64,000 bases of DNA. Source: Trichoplax adhaerens. Its lineage: Eukaryota; Animalia; Placozoa. Shown piece after piece: positions 12,401 through 26,786 of the stretch. Position 1 is the first letter of the stretch. Each line of letters opens with the position of its first letter. The stretch lies in assembly GCF_000150275.1 (NCBI RefSeq), contig NW_002060947.1:6711648-6775647 (forward strand), in the 5' to 3' direction. The notes beneath the pieces are model-generated. The model did not search any database and was not told where the DNA came from. It saw only the letters and a program-made list of their open reading frames with translations. A program made the translations under genes and the position numbers.

Positions 12401-13443
12401 TTTTAACTTTCAGTCTTAAAGATTACTATTTGATTTGAAATGTTTAATTGCTTTTATGAATAGCCCTAGAGTTATTGATTTTGACTTGGCAGAAAAGTTG
12501 TCGGCTGATTTAGATATTAAGTAAATGCACCATACTTTTGGAGTATATTATTTAATTTGAACACTTCTAATGTAACAAAACATATTGGAAATGACTTAGA
12601 TTGGCCTTGCGGTAGGTGATATTAACGAAGTCAGGGAAACTGCTAGTTTAAACCTAGCTAAAAGTCAATATGAGTCAATTATTGGAATTTACGAATCATA
12701 TCCAATATATCTGAAGAAGATTTTGTATAGTCCAGGATTAATCGTCAGAAAAGATAAAAATTCGAGTTATTTGCAAAAGGTAAAATAAACTAGGCGATAT
12801 AGATATCTTCATACAGAAGCAAAGGAAATCATTTTCATTTTCAGTCCGATTAATTTCGATGGCACCCTGAAAAAATATAATTGTGTAAGTTAAATCAGGC
12901 CCAAACTGTTTGGAGATATCCTTTTACGGGTGTAAATAAATATTATAGAGGAATTTGAACGGAATATAACTTCGATTTTCTAAGGAAGGGGTACCATCGA
13001 AAATAATCAGATTGTGCATGAAGCATAAAAGAGCCGTATGCTATTGAAAGCAATCTTCTAGTAAAGTTTTAAAGCAAAATTTATTCTTCTTAACACTATT
13101 TAGCAAACTTGGCATTCTTTAACCGATAATATAGCAATGATTCAAGAAGAAAAAGATCAAGTTAATCCAGAATTTGATTGGAGAAGTTTAAATGCTTTCG
13201 TTCTAAGGCAACAAACTGAGTAAGAATTATGCTGTTAAACATCACGCTAATTATATTACAATTAATGTTTTAAAATTATTTTGTAGAATACGTCTATTAA
13301 AAGAATCAATCGAAGATGTAAAGTCAGACATTAAAATGATTAGCTATTCGAGCCATTCTGAAACTAATAAATTGATTAAGCAAGTTTTGCATACGGTACA
13401 AGCCAATGGTAATGAAAAGGTTACTACCACCAGTGCTAACTGA
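3500..13443 (+). CDS. TRPA1-like: TRPA1-like ankyrin-repeat cation channel, copy B (25 exons, about 1137 aa)
   Basis: Exons read by eye: 3500-3730, 4773-4935, 5161-5336, 5452-5577, 5908-6016, 6084-6175, 6364-6411, 6609-6782, 6864-7058, 7137-7220, 7378-7631, 7824-7935, 8242-8411, 8561-8645, 8917-8979, 9573-9656, 9851-9921, 10145-10295, 10492-10581, 10785-10954 (GC donor), 11665-11794, 11964-12146, 12600-12779, 13104-13219, 13287-13443. They sum to 3414 nt in frame. About 17 TPLHxA-type ankyrin repeats, linker ending ...YQKW, S1-S6, pore TMSAGELNY, S6 NLLIGLAVGDI (same motif as human TRPA1), C-terminal coiled coil. Confidence 0.92.
3938..4270. repeat. Diverged tandem repeat, about 3 x 111 bp, in intron 1 of copy B
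   Basis: Units start AAGATCT at about 3938, 4050 and 4161 and share TTGAGTAGTT and GAAGTGTGA blocks. There is a single unit in the homologous intron of copy C. Confidence 0.7.
12842..13014. mobile_element. MITE-like element with about 26-bp imperfect TIRs
   Basis: Left end CAGTCCGATTAATTTCGATGGCACCC (12842-12867). Reverse complement of the right end CAATCTGATTATTTTCGATGGTACCC (12989-13014). Absent from the same intron of copies A and C. Confidence 0.65.
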
Positions 13444-14759
13444 AAGATTTATATTATTTAACTGAAACTATGCAGCAGTATTCTGTCTGTATTTTTTTGT
13501 GAAGACGGATATCGAGGATTGTTGTACATAAGCCTAATTTGAGAGCAGCTGTAAATATGCACAAAGATATTGTTGATTATTTTTCAGAGTTAGAGTACGG
13601 CTACTGATGAAGCTATGAATGTCTACCGTTAACAAAACAGAATAGGACATCAACATACACGGCAGAATATACAAATATCTAAGAATATATTAGCATACGG
13701 ATAGCTTATAGTAAAATATTTATCGAGACTGATCTAACAAAGTCCGTGTTTGCTATATAAGTTACGAATCTAAAGGTTATGTTAGATAGGTATTTACAAA
13801 TAAATTGATATTCGTATATATCGCCAATAAAATTAATTTGTAGTAATATATATATATATAATAATATAAGATGTCCAAGTTCATATTTATTTTGTTTATA
13901 AAAATCTCTGCACATGTGATATTATACCGAAATTTTTAGTTTCTCTTTTGGCAATATATATTACTGATCACGTTTACGCTTGCGTTATTTTCTCTTCATA
14001 GCAAATAATGCTTTCTTTCAAAAGCACTGTATCAGAAAATATTCATCATATATTATAATCCTGTAGTTTACTGAAATATTTTACTCAGCTAACAAGTATT
14101 CAGAGCTAACAAGTAGTGGATTCTAATAGCTGTAATTAATGATTAAGCAAATGATAATAGTTTCAAACGTACAAGATACTTAAGACAGATCAATTGCATT
14201 AGATCCAGAAATCTCCTATGGCACTTTACCACAGACAGGTATAGTAACGTATAAAGGTATATCCCACTGCATTAGGGAGCTGTTGTGCATCAGAGCTAAA
14301 CGCCGGCTGCACTCGAAGAGACATTCTTTGCTTTTAATCGTGCAATTAATGGTAGGTTGAGAGTAACCTGTTATTGCCTTGAACCAAGCTTGCATTTTCT
14401 ATTATGGAGTATCTGCATTTATGATCATATTATACTAGTCAAACATCCACGAAAGAGTGCAGTACCAATAAACTTTTCGGATATATTCGACTCAAGCGAT
14501 GAATTGACAATATTGAATATTTTTATAATTATCGCAAGTAAATGATAGGAACTAAAACCTATATAAAACCTAATAATGAACTGATCATGAAAAGACTATT
14601 TTCCTTTATATTAATTTTCTTTTGTTCGTTATAGAAAAACTGTAATGTCAGTACTTAAATGGTTATTCGTAGTTATTTCAATCGATGCTAGTAATCTACC
14701 TGTCTTTATTCTAGTATACTTGAGCATTAATCGTTCAATTTTTTACAGCTATGCGTAAG

Positions 14760-15200
14760 TAATACCAAATTACATCTACTCAATGTCAATATATAGTTAA
14801 CAATTTCTATAATGTGCAATGATTCATCGCTCTTCATGTCTCATGTTCTAGATATTCTCACCTCATCATATGCATATCTCTCCTCTTATATATACATAAA
14901 AAATCCGTATCCTACAGCTATATCTTTGCGGTGTACGTAAAACTTTTCAATTTATTTGATCATTGACTAAATCTACCCAGTTCTGCCTGAGGTAATGCCA
15001 AATTACAGCTTCTCAAAATCAAGTGCAAAGTTTACGATTTCTATAGTATACAAATATTCATCGCTCTTCAAATCTTATGCTGTAGATATTCTAATTTATC
15101 ATATGCTTATCTCTCCTCTAATATACATAAAATTACGGAACCTACAAGTCTGCTTTAGCAGTCTAAGTTTTTACAATATTTTATGATTATTTACCATTTG
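14760..15200. repeat. Local tandem duplication (about 233-bp period) in the B-C spacer
   Basis: TAATACCAAATTACA...CCTACA at 14760 recurs at 14993. There is a single homologous copy at about 2702-2850 in the A-B spacer. Confidence 0.7.
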
Positions 15201-15425
15201 AAAGCTAGCTTATGACTCAATCATCAATAACTTATTTCCATTCTTAGGGTAATACTTTGACAATTGAAGATACATATTCGCATTTAGTAGGCTCAGCACG
15301 TACTTTGTTTTAGAATTGTATTATTCCTTATTGAATTCACTCAGCGGGTAATCAACGGTTATGACGCAAAGAAATCCAATGTATTTCATAAAAAGTGATA
15401 AAATCAACGCGGATTCTATAGGGTT

Positions 15426-15439
15426 GTCTCCATAACAAC
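15426..15439. promoter_or_regulatory. RFX X-box upstream of copy C
   Basis: GTCTCCATAACAAC about 350 bp before the ATG. Both substitutions relative to copy B stay within the X-box consensus. Confidence 0.65.
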
Positions 15440-15791
15440 CATCGAACTTATTCATTAAGTGATTGCCTTTATTGCTTTAGATTTAGCCTGATATGCTAAT
15501 TAATCCATTGAGTTACATGGAGTAAATAGTGCTTAATTGAATAGTCTGTAATGAGGTAATTCGTTATATAATTATGGGGCGATGGAGCGAACGAAAACTC
15601 GATAGTTTACGAACAAAGTAAATCGCCTCGTCTTGTAGCTTGTAGCTTGTAGCTATTTAACGTTGAATTAAATCGAAAAAGTCAAATCTAACCCTTATAA
15701 AAAGAACTTAGATCATTCATCATCAACTAATCCACAACTTGATATTGTATATATATATATATACACCGTAGCGAAGATTCCTATTTTCGAT

Positions 15792-18700
15792 ATGGCAAAA
15801 GTAAATAGGATCGACATTATGTCCAATAATGCCAACAATGATCTAGAAGAAGAAACAACGATATGTTATCGGCCTTTTAGGAAGAGAACTACAGATCATT
15901 CTAACAGGTTAAATTCAGTACCTGGAAGAGCTCGTGGTAGGAAAGGCTCCGATTTAGTAGCAGGATCATTTTTAAGCTTAAGCTTAGCCATGGCTAAAAT
16001 GGGTGGAATTGATGTTCATGATGTGAGTCTAGGCATCTTCTAAATTGAATGATGACGTTAGTACTAATTCGTTATATAGCGGTTATTTTAAAATTGAAAG
16101 ATGTATAGATCTTGTTAAAGTTATGCCAGTATACCTTTTATGTTATTATTTATTGTGTAATTCAATTTTGGAAACTTAGCTGCTAATTATTCAAAATGGA
16201 GAGATTACGTTTATAAAGAGCAAGTTCTACATCTCCGCATAATATTGGAGATAATATTGTCTCAAGGATTGAGTGCTTTTAATTTAGTTAGCACGCGTAT
16301 AATTCCAAGATGAAGTATGTCATATGTTTTAAGACACTATATAGCAATCATCATGACGATATCTGTAATGTGAGACGGATGCTGTAACATTACAAAGCAA
16401 TTAGTACGATTATATCTATAGCGAAACTTTAGATTAGGAATATAGCTGTAATAACACTTAATTTATCTCTCACAAACCTGAAAAATTCTTATCAACGCCA
16501 TCTCTAAAGTGAATAACATTTGAAGACCTTTTCCTGATTATAAATGAATTCAGCCGATCAGAAATAAGCAATAATTATTATACATAAATTACCATATAGA
16601 TGATCCGCCGTTTTAAAAAACTTCCGTTCATTTTGCAAAATCACATATTACACGATCATAATTATTTCGAACAGTGTTTTGAAAATGACCTATTACGTAA
16701 GCGTTTTGTATCTATAAACGAACAAATGCCAGTGCTAGCAGAATCATGATTCATGATATTTATCCATCATTATACACCATTAGTGAAATAATTTACCTCT
16801 TTTTATATCAATAAGTAGCTTTTGACTAGAGAATTTTTAATTATTCTTTGTAATGAATGATATTCACAACTTCTTATAAGACAAGAATATGACCTCTACA
16901 GGTAGTCAAGTCCTAAAAGCAACTGTTTAAGAACATATAAAAGATTAAAATAATTTCGCTAAAATTAGGCTTACTTCTTTGTCGATTTCTATCGATGTGT
17001 CGCAACCCTCACTTGTGGCAATGGAAAGTAAAGAACTCTAGTGTAGTTACTTAAAACTTGGGCTATTTCTCCCAGTACTTTCAGTTTCTATGAGAGAAGT
17101 ATTTGAGAACTCGATTTCTCGGCTGATCTCCACAGACAACTGACTAATTATTACACTATTCTTCACGATGTGAGTCTTGCCGTTTCTTGAGCAATTACTA
17201 ACTTTATTCTACAAACACACGCGCTTAAATAGGTTTCTACAGTGAATTCCAATATTAACGAGTGAGAATTCATACTTTACAAGTTACATTAATTAGTATA
17301 ATACCATTACTAAATATACATGTCGATATTCTCAGACTTAGATAGCTACAAGCTATCAGGTGTTAAGACGCTTAACCTTTGTCCATATACGGCTCAATTT
17401 TTAGAGATTAACACACCTTACAAACCTACAGTAAATTAACTGTTAACAACTTCTATTTCTATCTCATTTCTACCATCCTATTATCAGCTACAAGTGCATT
17501 AAACATAGCACATAACCTTATCTTATCTATTCAAAAGCATTCATTAATTTACAGTTACTTAATTAGTAACGGCGTACCGTGACACGATGATGCCCATATT
17601 AAAACCAATATTTAATTTATATATCACCAATACGGTATGTAGGCAGCAATAAAAGGAAACATAGATGATATAAATCGGGCATTTAAGTCACGATTTTACT
17701 TAGATAGAATCAATTATCCAGACGAAAATGGTTTAACTCTTATGCATCATGCAGCTATCCATGATCATGGTGACGTTATCAACTGCTTAATGAGATATGG
17801 AGCAGGTATTATCAGAAATTACTATTTATTAACTGTGCAGTTAATTTTTAGGCTCCAAGCATTATTATATCGCTAGAAATTAAGATACAGTAATATGTCT
17901 CGTATTTAATCCAGAAAACATAGACAATAACGATAGCTATTGACGGTGATGTATAAATAATTTTAACGACGCTATATTCGTTTGTTCATAACTTGTGATT
18001 CCCATATTAAAATCTATACTTATGCATATCCTATGCAATAACGTAGTCATTGATATCAGCATTGGGAATACCCATGAAACACCATTGCATTTAGCTGCAA
18101 AGCATAATGCATGTGATGCAATCAAAGCTCTAGTCCAAAATGGTTCCATCCTTGATGTTGTCGATCATACTTCAAGAACACCTTTGCATTATGCCTGCAA
18201 CCACGGCTGCAATGAAGCTGTTGAGGTAATTATCAAGATACTCTATTCCTTACAGTCTTTCCGTATTTTGCTCTCCTACAATTTACACGAACAGCGAAGC
18301 AATGGGAACTTTACATTTTTTAGACGATTTTGCATGAAGCCGACCTTATGAAAGCATCTCACACTATTATTAATGCATACGATACAGAAAGGGCAACTCC
18401 GCTACATTTATCAGTATTAACTTGTTCTGAGGATGTCAACCATAAATTGGTGAGAGAGATTGGAGTCTATTTAAATGTTCAGATATGTGCTTTAGATGAA
18501 TATTTATATTCTATAAATTTAACTGTGAGGCTATGATATGTATTTACGAATTGTTATGAATCTTGATGCTAGATAATATAGTAAAAATACTTTTAAAGAA
18601 TATTATTTACTCTTGAGATTTCCTGTATACTGTTTAACTGTGTGTAATTCACATAGAGCGTAGAAAAATAATTTACAATTCAACCTACTAATTTGCCTCT

Positions 18701-21700
18701 TACTCTACGGAATATATGTATATGAATTATTAAGTAACAATTACAATTTTATGTCGAACATTAGCTTCATTATGGAGCTAATATATACAGAAAAGATGTA
18801 GCTGGTAACACACCTTTACTGTTAGCTGCGAAGCGGCACAAGACTGGAATTATGAAGCTATTACTCAAATTTGGTAAATGCTCAAATTTTGTCGAACTCA
18901 TCTGCCACGAAACCAAGATTTACCAAATTAGTTGTGAATTGTATTTATGTCTAATACCTTGAAATTCCTTTCTTAATCTTTCGCTTAATAATCCTTGTTG
19001 CAGCTTTCGTAGCGGCAGCTATACTTTCATAAGCAATTTTTGAAATTAATTAAATAACATTTCTTAGATATTATAAAATTAGTAGTTATCTAATATAAGT
19101 AATAGTACAATTATTAACAAGATAGGTGCAAAGACGATTCATAAATAGGGCAATTTGAGAGTAAAATGTTGTTTTTATTAATTGCAATACAAATGATATC
19201 ATCCTACCGGTACTACTCGAAATTATTTAAGAATAATGATTTAACCGTCTTGTGTTATTTCTATTCATTCATACCACTAAATTGATTCTAGTGCAATAAT
19301 TTTACCAGGGAACTAATCAAGATTGGAATATTAGAGCCAATAGACTGTTTATTTTTACAGCGTAGTAATATCAAGATAATGTTGGTCTTTTATAAGTACT
19401 AATGTTTAACTCCAACCGCATTAGTTAGCCAACCAATCATGCCGCTATTTCCACTATAATATCACCGTACTTTTCTGCTAACAAAAATTCTAATTTTTGT
19501 TAAGAAACAAGTATTGTCTAATTCTAAACTATATTAATTAGCTAGCTCACATGGGAAACACGAATATGTACTTGTTCCAAATGAATTTGGTATGACAGCT
19601 ATTCACTTGTCAGTAGCTTCTGGATGTATTGAGGTAAGCATTACCTTATGTTTGTATATATACATGGGCTTATTATTGATCGCGTTAAATTTAAAATTTA
19701 CTTGCCATTCTGTTATCAGATTCTTCTTATCATGCTTTCATAAATATTTAATAAATAAGGAATAGAATGATAATCGTTCATTATTGCCTTATTTGTGACT
19801 TCTCTTCTTCCGTCAGAATATAGAATTATGCCTTGCTTTTGGAGCAGATGTAGAGTGCCAATCGGTAAATACGGAGATAAACTAGGTTAAACCACTAGTA
19901 ATCACTACTAAATCTTCGCTATGTTAGTGATTAATAATAAGTTCTATTATGTAGAACAATTTTGCGGCATGCTTCACGTTTACAGTGCAAAACCTTGTTC
20001 AAGAATCATTAATATGACGTATAGACTTTTCCCTATAATTCATATAGTCTGAGCTATTAACACCGTTGCATTTGGCGGCATTGAGTGGATATTACGAAGT
20101 TTCTGAAGTTTTAATCAATAATGGAGCCAAGGTCAATACTCCTGATTCGAAAAATAGAACATGTTTACATTATGCTGCTCTTAGTAATAATGTAGAACTG
20201 ATGAATCTATTAATAAGCAACGTAAGATGATGCATAAATCAATTTAAAATTAGATTTAATATATCCGAATCGGACACAAATATTTACCATATTTCAAATA
20301 GGGAGCTTTAATAGAAGTGATAGATATCGATTTACGAACACCATTAATGGCCGCAGCCAGCCATGATTGCCTTGCCGCATTAGAATTCCTGATAAAAAAT
20401 GGTGCTAGCACTTCTGGACAAGATAAAGATGGCAAGACTTGCCTCCATTTAATAGCACAAAAGGAGTGTGTAATGACTGCGAATGTCATTTTAGAAGTTA
20501 GTTAGAGACTTAATTTATGATGTTAATTGTTATATACTAATGCAGTCGATAATAACTACGAAATATTTAGCATAGTGGAATTGATCTTGTCAACCTTCGT
20601 GATGCTGCCGGATGCACCCCGGCATTAACAGCGGCTGCCGCAGGAAGTATTGTAGTAAGAAGATAAATCATGATTGGAACTGCTTTTTACGATAATTTTT
20701 AAATTTTTCTCTATCTATATTGATTTCAAATATCTTAAAATTGAGAGTGCAAATTAAATCAGATTGAGTATATAACGCTAATTAGGCTCAAACGGTTAAG
20801 GATAGTATATTAAAATCATTTATAGATTTTGGGGAAATTGGTGAACCGGTTTTACGAGTTTGTCAAGCGCCATGAGGATTACAACGGCAATAATATCTTA
20901 CATTTAGCTGCAATGAATAATCATCGTGACACCGTTAAAATTATTATCGATCATGTCTCATTTATTGCTACCAATGCACGCAATTTTCAAGGGCAGCAAG
21001 CTTTACATTTAGCTGCTATGACCGGCAATAATCGAGTTATGCATATTTTAATTAAACGTGGAGCTGGTATTAATTCCAGGTAGTTTTATCTAAATTAAAT
21101 TATGATATAAAGTCGATGATAGTATATCGTAGGTTTTAGATATCAAATTTTATTTCTTCCCATGTTATTATAGATAAGAGTAAGATATACAATCTACTTC
21201 ATAAAATATTTATTAATTTACTTTCCTGATTTTATTCCGCATGAATCATTGTAACATCTTGAGTCGTTCATTTTCTTTCCTAGGGATAATTCCGGTTGGA
21301 CTCCGTTGCATTATGCTGCACAGAATGGCTTTGAGACCAGTGTCAAATTTTTAATATCTAATGAAGCAACTGTTGATACTTTCAACGAAGCAAAGGTTAT
21401 TGTTAAGTAACGGTTGCTATAATACTTTACACAGTAGATGTAGAGATACTTTAATCAGCTTCAATAGTGGGTAAGCAAATCTAGTATAAATCTTCCCTTA
21501 TCAATCGCAAAATTGGTTAAGACAGGAGAGAGGTCTTAAAATACTTATTACTCTCCTTAGCAATGGCTTACACTACCATATATACAAGTTAATTTAACAG
21601 TTATGACTCATGAAAATTAAAATTTCTAGTTTAAGTTCTTACAAATCTTTGTATCATGGGTAAGTAAAAGTATAGCTTTAGATAAAATATTAGGTGATAG

Positions 21701-24700
21701 CAAATTATACTCAGATCCTTCACTTAATTTAATAACGCAATATTATCTAGAAAACGCCATTGCTGATTGCATGTGAGAAAGGAAATGTGGAAGTAGCTAA
21801 ATTATTGTTAGACAACAATGCAGATCCATCTGTTAGAAACGATAAAGGCCAAAATTGCTTAGACATTGCCTGTGAATACCGTTATAGTGATATCGGTCTG
21901 GCTATAATTGAAACAAAATAGTATGTTATATCTTACCAATTTGAATATAACACGGAGATCACAGGCTTCTCTGTAAATAGATTGGTATATGTAGGTCTTA
22001 TGCTTCAGTTCTGTTTTGCCAAATACATTTTATGTATGCTACATGAAATGATAGCTGGGAAAAAGTTATGGCTAATAGAGCATTTGATTGCTACAATCCG
22101 ATGAAGCGATTATTGGAACGTTTGCCTCTTGTTGCAGAGGTAAAGACTCTACATAAGGAGTATACTCTATTTAGTCACCTAAATCTACTATGTAGTATGG
22201 TCTTAAGTAATTATATGAATAAAGCATAAAGTACTTGGTACATTCTTTAGCGTAGAATTTAAAACCAAGCAAAGATTAGACTGCCGAATTTTGATGATAT
22301 AAGAAAGAAATGATCGGTAACATTGACGAATTCATAATCTTCTTTTTCTTTGTTGAAATAATTATCTGGCATATTTAAAACAGGCCGTTATGGACAGATC
22401 AATATCTTATACTAAAAGTAAATATGGCAAGGATGAATGGAAACAGGTAAGTAGTATTTTGAAAGTTATTTGATAAAGAATGATACAGTAAACTATAATG
22501 ACTACGAGTTCAACAAACCAATTGGGCCATTACCTGTATTTAAATTTATGTTAATCTGAGACGGCGTTATTGAGGTAATCATTGAATAGTTCGCTTTTTA
22601 CAAATCTTAATATCTCCCGAAGAAAAATTAAAACTAGTACAGAGAACTAACACTACGAATCTACTGCCAGTTTTGTCCTCCCTGATATTTACCTGCAATG
22701 AAGTAGTTCTAAATACCGACGATCTCCTATAATGAGGAGAAACAGTAACATCGTTAGTTTCTATGGGACAAAACTGAACCGAAATTTTATTGTAAAATTA
22801 GTCAATTTATAGTAAATCTACATAGACATTAGTTGTTAGTACGTCATACATAAATTAATATTGACACATTCCAAATAAGTTATGTTAAGAACATTTGCCT
22901 ACAGTACGACTCTAAATATTGATGATCTCCGATAGCCACAGTAGTAGGAAATCACTAGTCTCTCTTAGACAACACTTAACCCAAACTTTATAGGAACATT
23001 AGTCAATTTATATTCAATCTACATAAATATTAGTTATCAGTACTTAGATATTATTATAAAACTATGCACTAATCTATTACAAACCTGCTAACTGTTATCG
23101 ATAAAGCATTATTAATATATTTTTGATAAGTGATCTTGAAAAAACTATGTCACATATTGTGCGTCCATTTTAGATTTCTAGATATACATCAATAATCTTT
23201 CATCAGGCTTATGAAATCAGAAAATAATACTCCTACATAATTTCTAAACTACATTATTTGCGGAAAATATTGTTTTCTAGTAACGTAAGAAACAGCATAG
23301 CCGAGCAGTATAGCACTATTAATTTCGATTAAAAGAGACCATATGAGATCGAATTATAGTACACAGTCGTAGCATTCGCATTTTTTGGTGCATTAATGTC
23401 TCATAATAAGAATTTTAGTTTATCCGCGCATATATTGTACTTTTATTTTAAATCAAACTGCATATCGTTTGAACATCCATTATATTAAATTTAGGTGGCC
23501 TTCAACTTTACCTATCTTGAATCATCACCCGAAGATAAACATTTACAAGATGTTACAGATAAATACATCGCATTGGAGGTAAAAATGTCTTACAGGATAC
23601 CTAAATATAGATTTTCATTTTGACCAATAACTACTGATATATTGTAAAAATGGACTATAGTTTATCATAATCGAAAACAAGAAAATTACAACTTTAAATC
23701 ATACAATTTGTCAATATCAGGTTATGATTTCATGATTTTTAACAATGTTTACAATTTGCTACACAGACAATAAGTTCTCTTAATCGTGTAAGACTAATGA
23801 AACATCCCCTAATCACTGCATATGTACACACTAAATGGTAATTAAAAGAAATTGGAATCTTAAAATTAATCTGCTCATTTGGATAATAGTTCGTGCTAAA
23901 ATCCAAATATGGATATGAACATTTAATATTTTAGTGGTTTAAAAAGTCATATAATTTAACTATATGCTACATTAATGTTAATTTCTGAACTAAAATGCTG
24001 TTTAAAAATTAAAATAAGATTTACAGATTCATGCATAATTATATATTCTTTGCGATTACAGGAAAGCAGCTATTCGATTTATATATTACAGTAAAGTTAT
24101 ATTGGACATTATTTACTTATTTGGATTGGGTTTTCCTATTGCCTTGAATGCTTGGGATTTCTTGGATTTAGCAACCAAAACAAATACTTCTAGTTCTTCT
24201 TACTCCACGTTGGTGAGTTTGTAACGATGTCAACGTTGTTTTTACTGATAAGACTATGCCTAATCAACCACGAAATAGTCAATTATCTTTAATATTGTTT
24301 TAAATTATTTCTATTAGCTAATTTAACAGAAGATAACAGTACATCTTAACCTAAAATTTAAATATTTCAGGATTGCTAATATTATCTTGTATTTGCTTCT
24401 ATAATTTATTGGTTCTCTAGGTCTTACCAGGAGTTCCATACCGAAACATTATAGTTTTCACCACGGTTTTAATTATGTTATCTACTATTGGCTATTTTGG
24501 TATTGCTGGAGTAAGTATTAGTCAATATGTTTACTCTAATTTTAACCTAAACTATAAAATTAAGCATATTTTTCATTTGTGTTGGCGCTAATGTTAAAAA
24601 AGCTGTGACGAAATTTGAAACAAAATTTCGACTGGAAAAATGAACATTATGATTTAAGCTACTCTGATGACGAGATCATGTTGTATTTCTTCAATTATAG

Positions 24701-26786
24701 CGACGAGTCTTTCTTTATTTCTTGAAGCAAACGTTGTATGAACTGTTTATAGTAGTGGCTGGCTTGTTATATGCTCTACCACTCACCAAGCCAATCACTT
24801 TTCAGAGTACTAGGATTGGGGCATTTGTTGTTTTTTGCTTATTTATCAACTTTATATTCATATTAAGAAAGTAAGTTGAAATCAAATAGATCTATAGGAT
24901 GTGCGTTACAGCTTACTTTAAATATTGCACTTTTAGGAATAACTTTTGCATTGTGTAACCTATCTGGACATATCATATAGAATCTAAAATGTACTTCTAT
25001 TATATAGTCTGCATGTACTAGTTTCATTAGAAAAGGAACCAATCAGAAAGTCACACATAATTAGAACGGTGGATTCACCTTGAGAGCCATATTGAATAAA
25101 TAGATTCTATCAAGAGTTATAATGCAGCTATTATTAGATTATCAAGGCATAAGCTGATTATCAAATACGGTATTCTATTTCTACGTAGTCTTTCTGGATT
25201 AGGTCTGTATGTTTCTATGCTAATAGCCACCATGACTACCATCATCAAAGTTTCCATTGTTTTTCTACTGTTTATTTTGGCATTTTCTACCGCTTTTATG
25301 ATGATACTAAGCGATATGGTAAGAGGATTATAACTAGCATGGAATTTTTACACTTCGTTGCATGTTTTAATAATGTAATTATGTGGACAATATAAAATAG
25401 ATGCTACCCTACTCGATCGATCTTATATACATATATTTATTAAGCCGAAATATGCAATTGCCTTAGTTTTACCACCTAAAGTGATCTTTTTTCAAATGCA
25501 GACAGTTTTCAAACAATTTGATGCCACATTAGCCACTGTATTGACAATGACTGCAGGAGAACTTAATTATGCCAGCACTTTCAATCATTTAAATAGTACT
25601 GGCAGACTAACGGGATTTAAAGTAGAATTATTATTTTTTGGAGCTATGGTTGTTCTTATTAATATCGCGTTTGCAAATTTACTGGTAAGCTTCGTAAAAG
25701 TAGGAGTATTTCAAAGTATTATTAAAGCTGATACAGTAATTATATAGATGAAAGTAAGAAATTTAGATAATACGTTGTTTAAATTAAGTTATAATGATGA
25801 TTTTCTACGTGTAGTTGTTATAAAGGTATCTCATGTGAATCTGTACCCAAATTTTTTAGATATTTGTAGCTCTGTACTACAACTGTAACTTTGATTTATG
25901 ATGCTTATTACAATGCATCTAAATGTATTATAGGTATGACTTTTAATTTTTAGCAATGCATCTTGATGTAAAAGGTTCAAACTATCATTATAAGCCCCAA
26001 AATTATACATTTTGATTTTGGTAGAAAAATTTGTCTGATGGCATAGATATAGTGTAGAAGAACTGAATATTTTGGTGAACATGGCAGTCAGTTATAGTTT
26101 TAATTATCTTAACACATTAATGCATCTTAAAATCATTTAGATTGGTCTTGCTGTGGGCGACATTAACGAAGTCAAGGAAACTGCAAATTTAAACCGAGCT
26201 AAAAATCATTTTCAGTTAATTATTGGAGCTTACGAATCATATCCATTGTATGTTCGGAAGATTATGCATAGTCCAGGACTAACTATCAGGGAAGATAAAA
26301 ATTCCAGTTTTTTGCAGAGGGTAAAATAAACCATTCAATATCTATATTTGTCGCATACTATTTGGAAAAAAATACAAAAAATTTCAAGCTAAAGTTGTAT
26401 TTCTAAATATTATTTAGCAAACTTGGCATCTTTTAACAGAAAATTTAACAATGATCCACTATGATAAAGATGAAGTTAATCAAGAGTTTGATTATAAGGA
26501 TTTAAAGGCTTCGGTTTCTAAACAGCAAACAGAGTGAGTGTTAGCAGCTGAATATTGCATCGACTACATTAATAGTAATCATTTTTAAATCATTTTTAGA
26601 ATAAGTCGGCTAAAGGAATTAATCGAAGATACAAAATCAGACATTAGCATTACTTCCCATGCAAACCATATTGAAACAAAAAAATTGTTCGAACGAATTT
26701 TACATGCGGTGGAAGCCAATGGAAATGGAAAGGTTACCACCACAAACGTTACTACAAATACAATTTTTAATGAAGCCATGCACTAG
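15792..26786 (+). CDS. TRPA1-like: TRPA1-like channel, copy C (25 exons, no lesion seen)
   Basis: Exon 1 15792-16022, exon 2 17643-17805, exon 3 18047-18225, pore exon 25502-25684 (TMTAGELNYASTF), last exon 26600-26786 (TAG). Intron positions and phases match copy B. No frameshift or stop in the exons I translated. Confidence 0.9.
16998..17584 (-). mobile_element. Solo LTR in intron 1 of copy C
   Basis: TGTCGC...GTGACA termini, perfect 5-bp TSD CGATG (16993-16997 and 17585-17589), minus-strand AATAAA at about 17203, terminus similar to the 27561 element. Confidence 0.8.

Noticed and set aside
3500-13443. Assignment to TRPN/NompC or to a plain ankyrin protein
   Set aside because: About 17 repeats rather than about 29, and the linker, pore and NLLIGLAVGDI S6 motifs are TRPA1-type.
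15748-15763. (TA)n runs here and at about 13847
   Set aside because: Short microsatellites are expected in AT-rich DNA.
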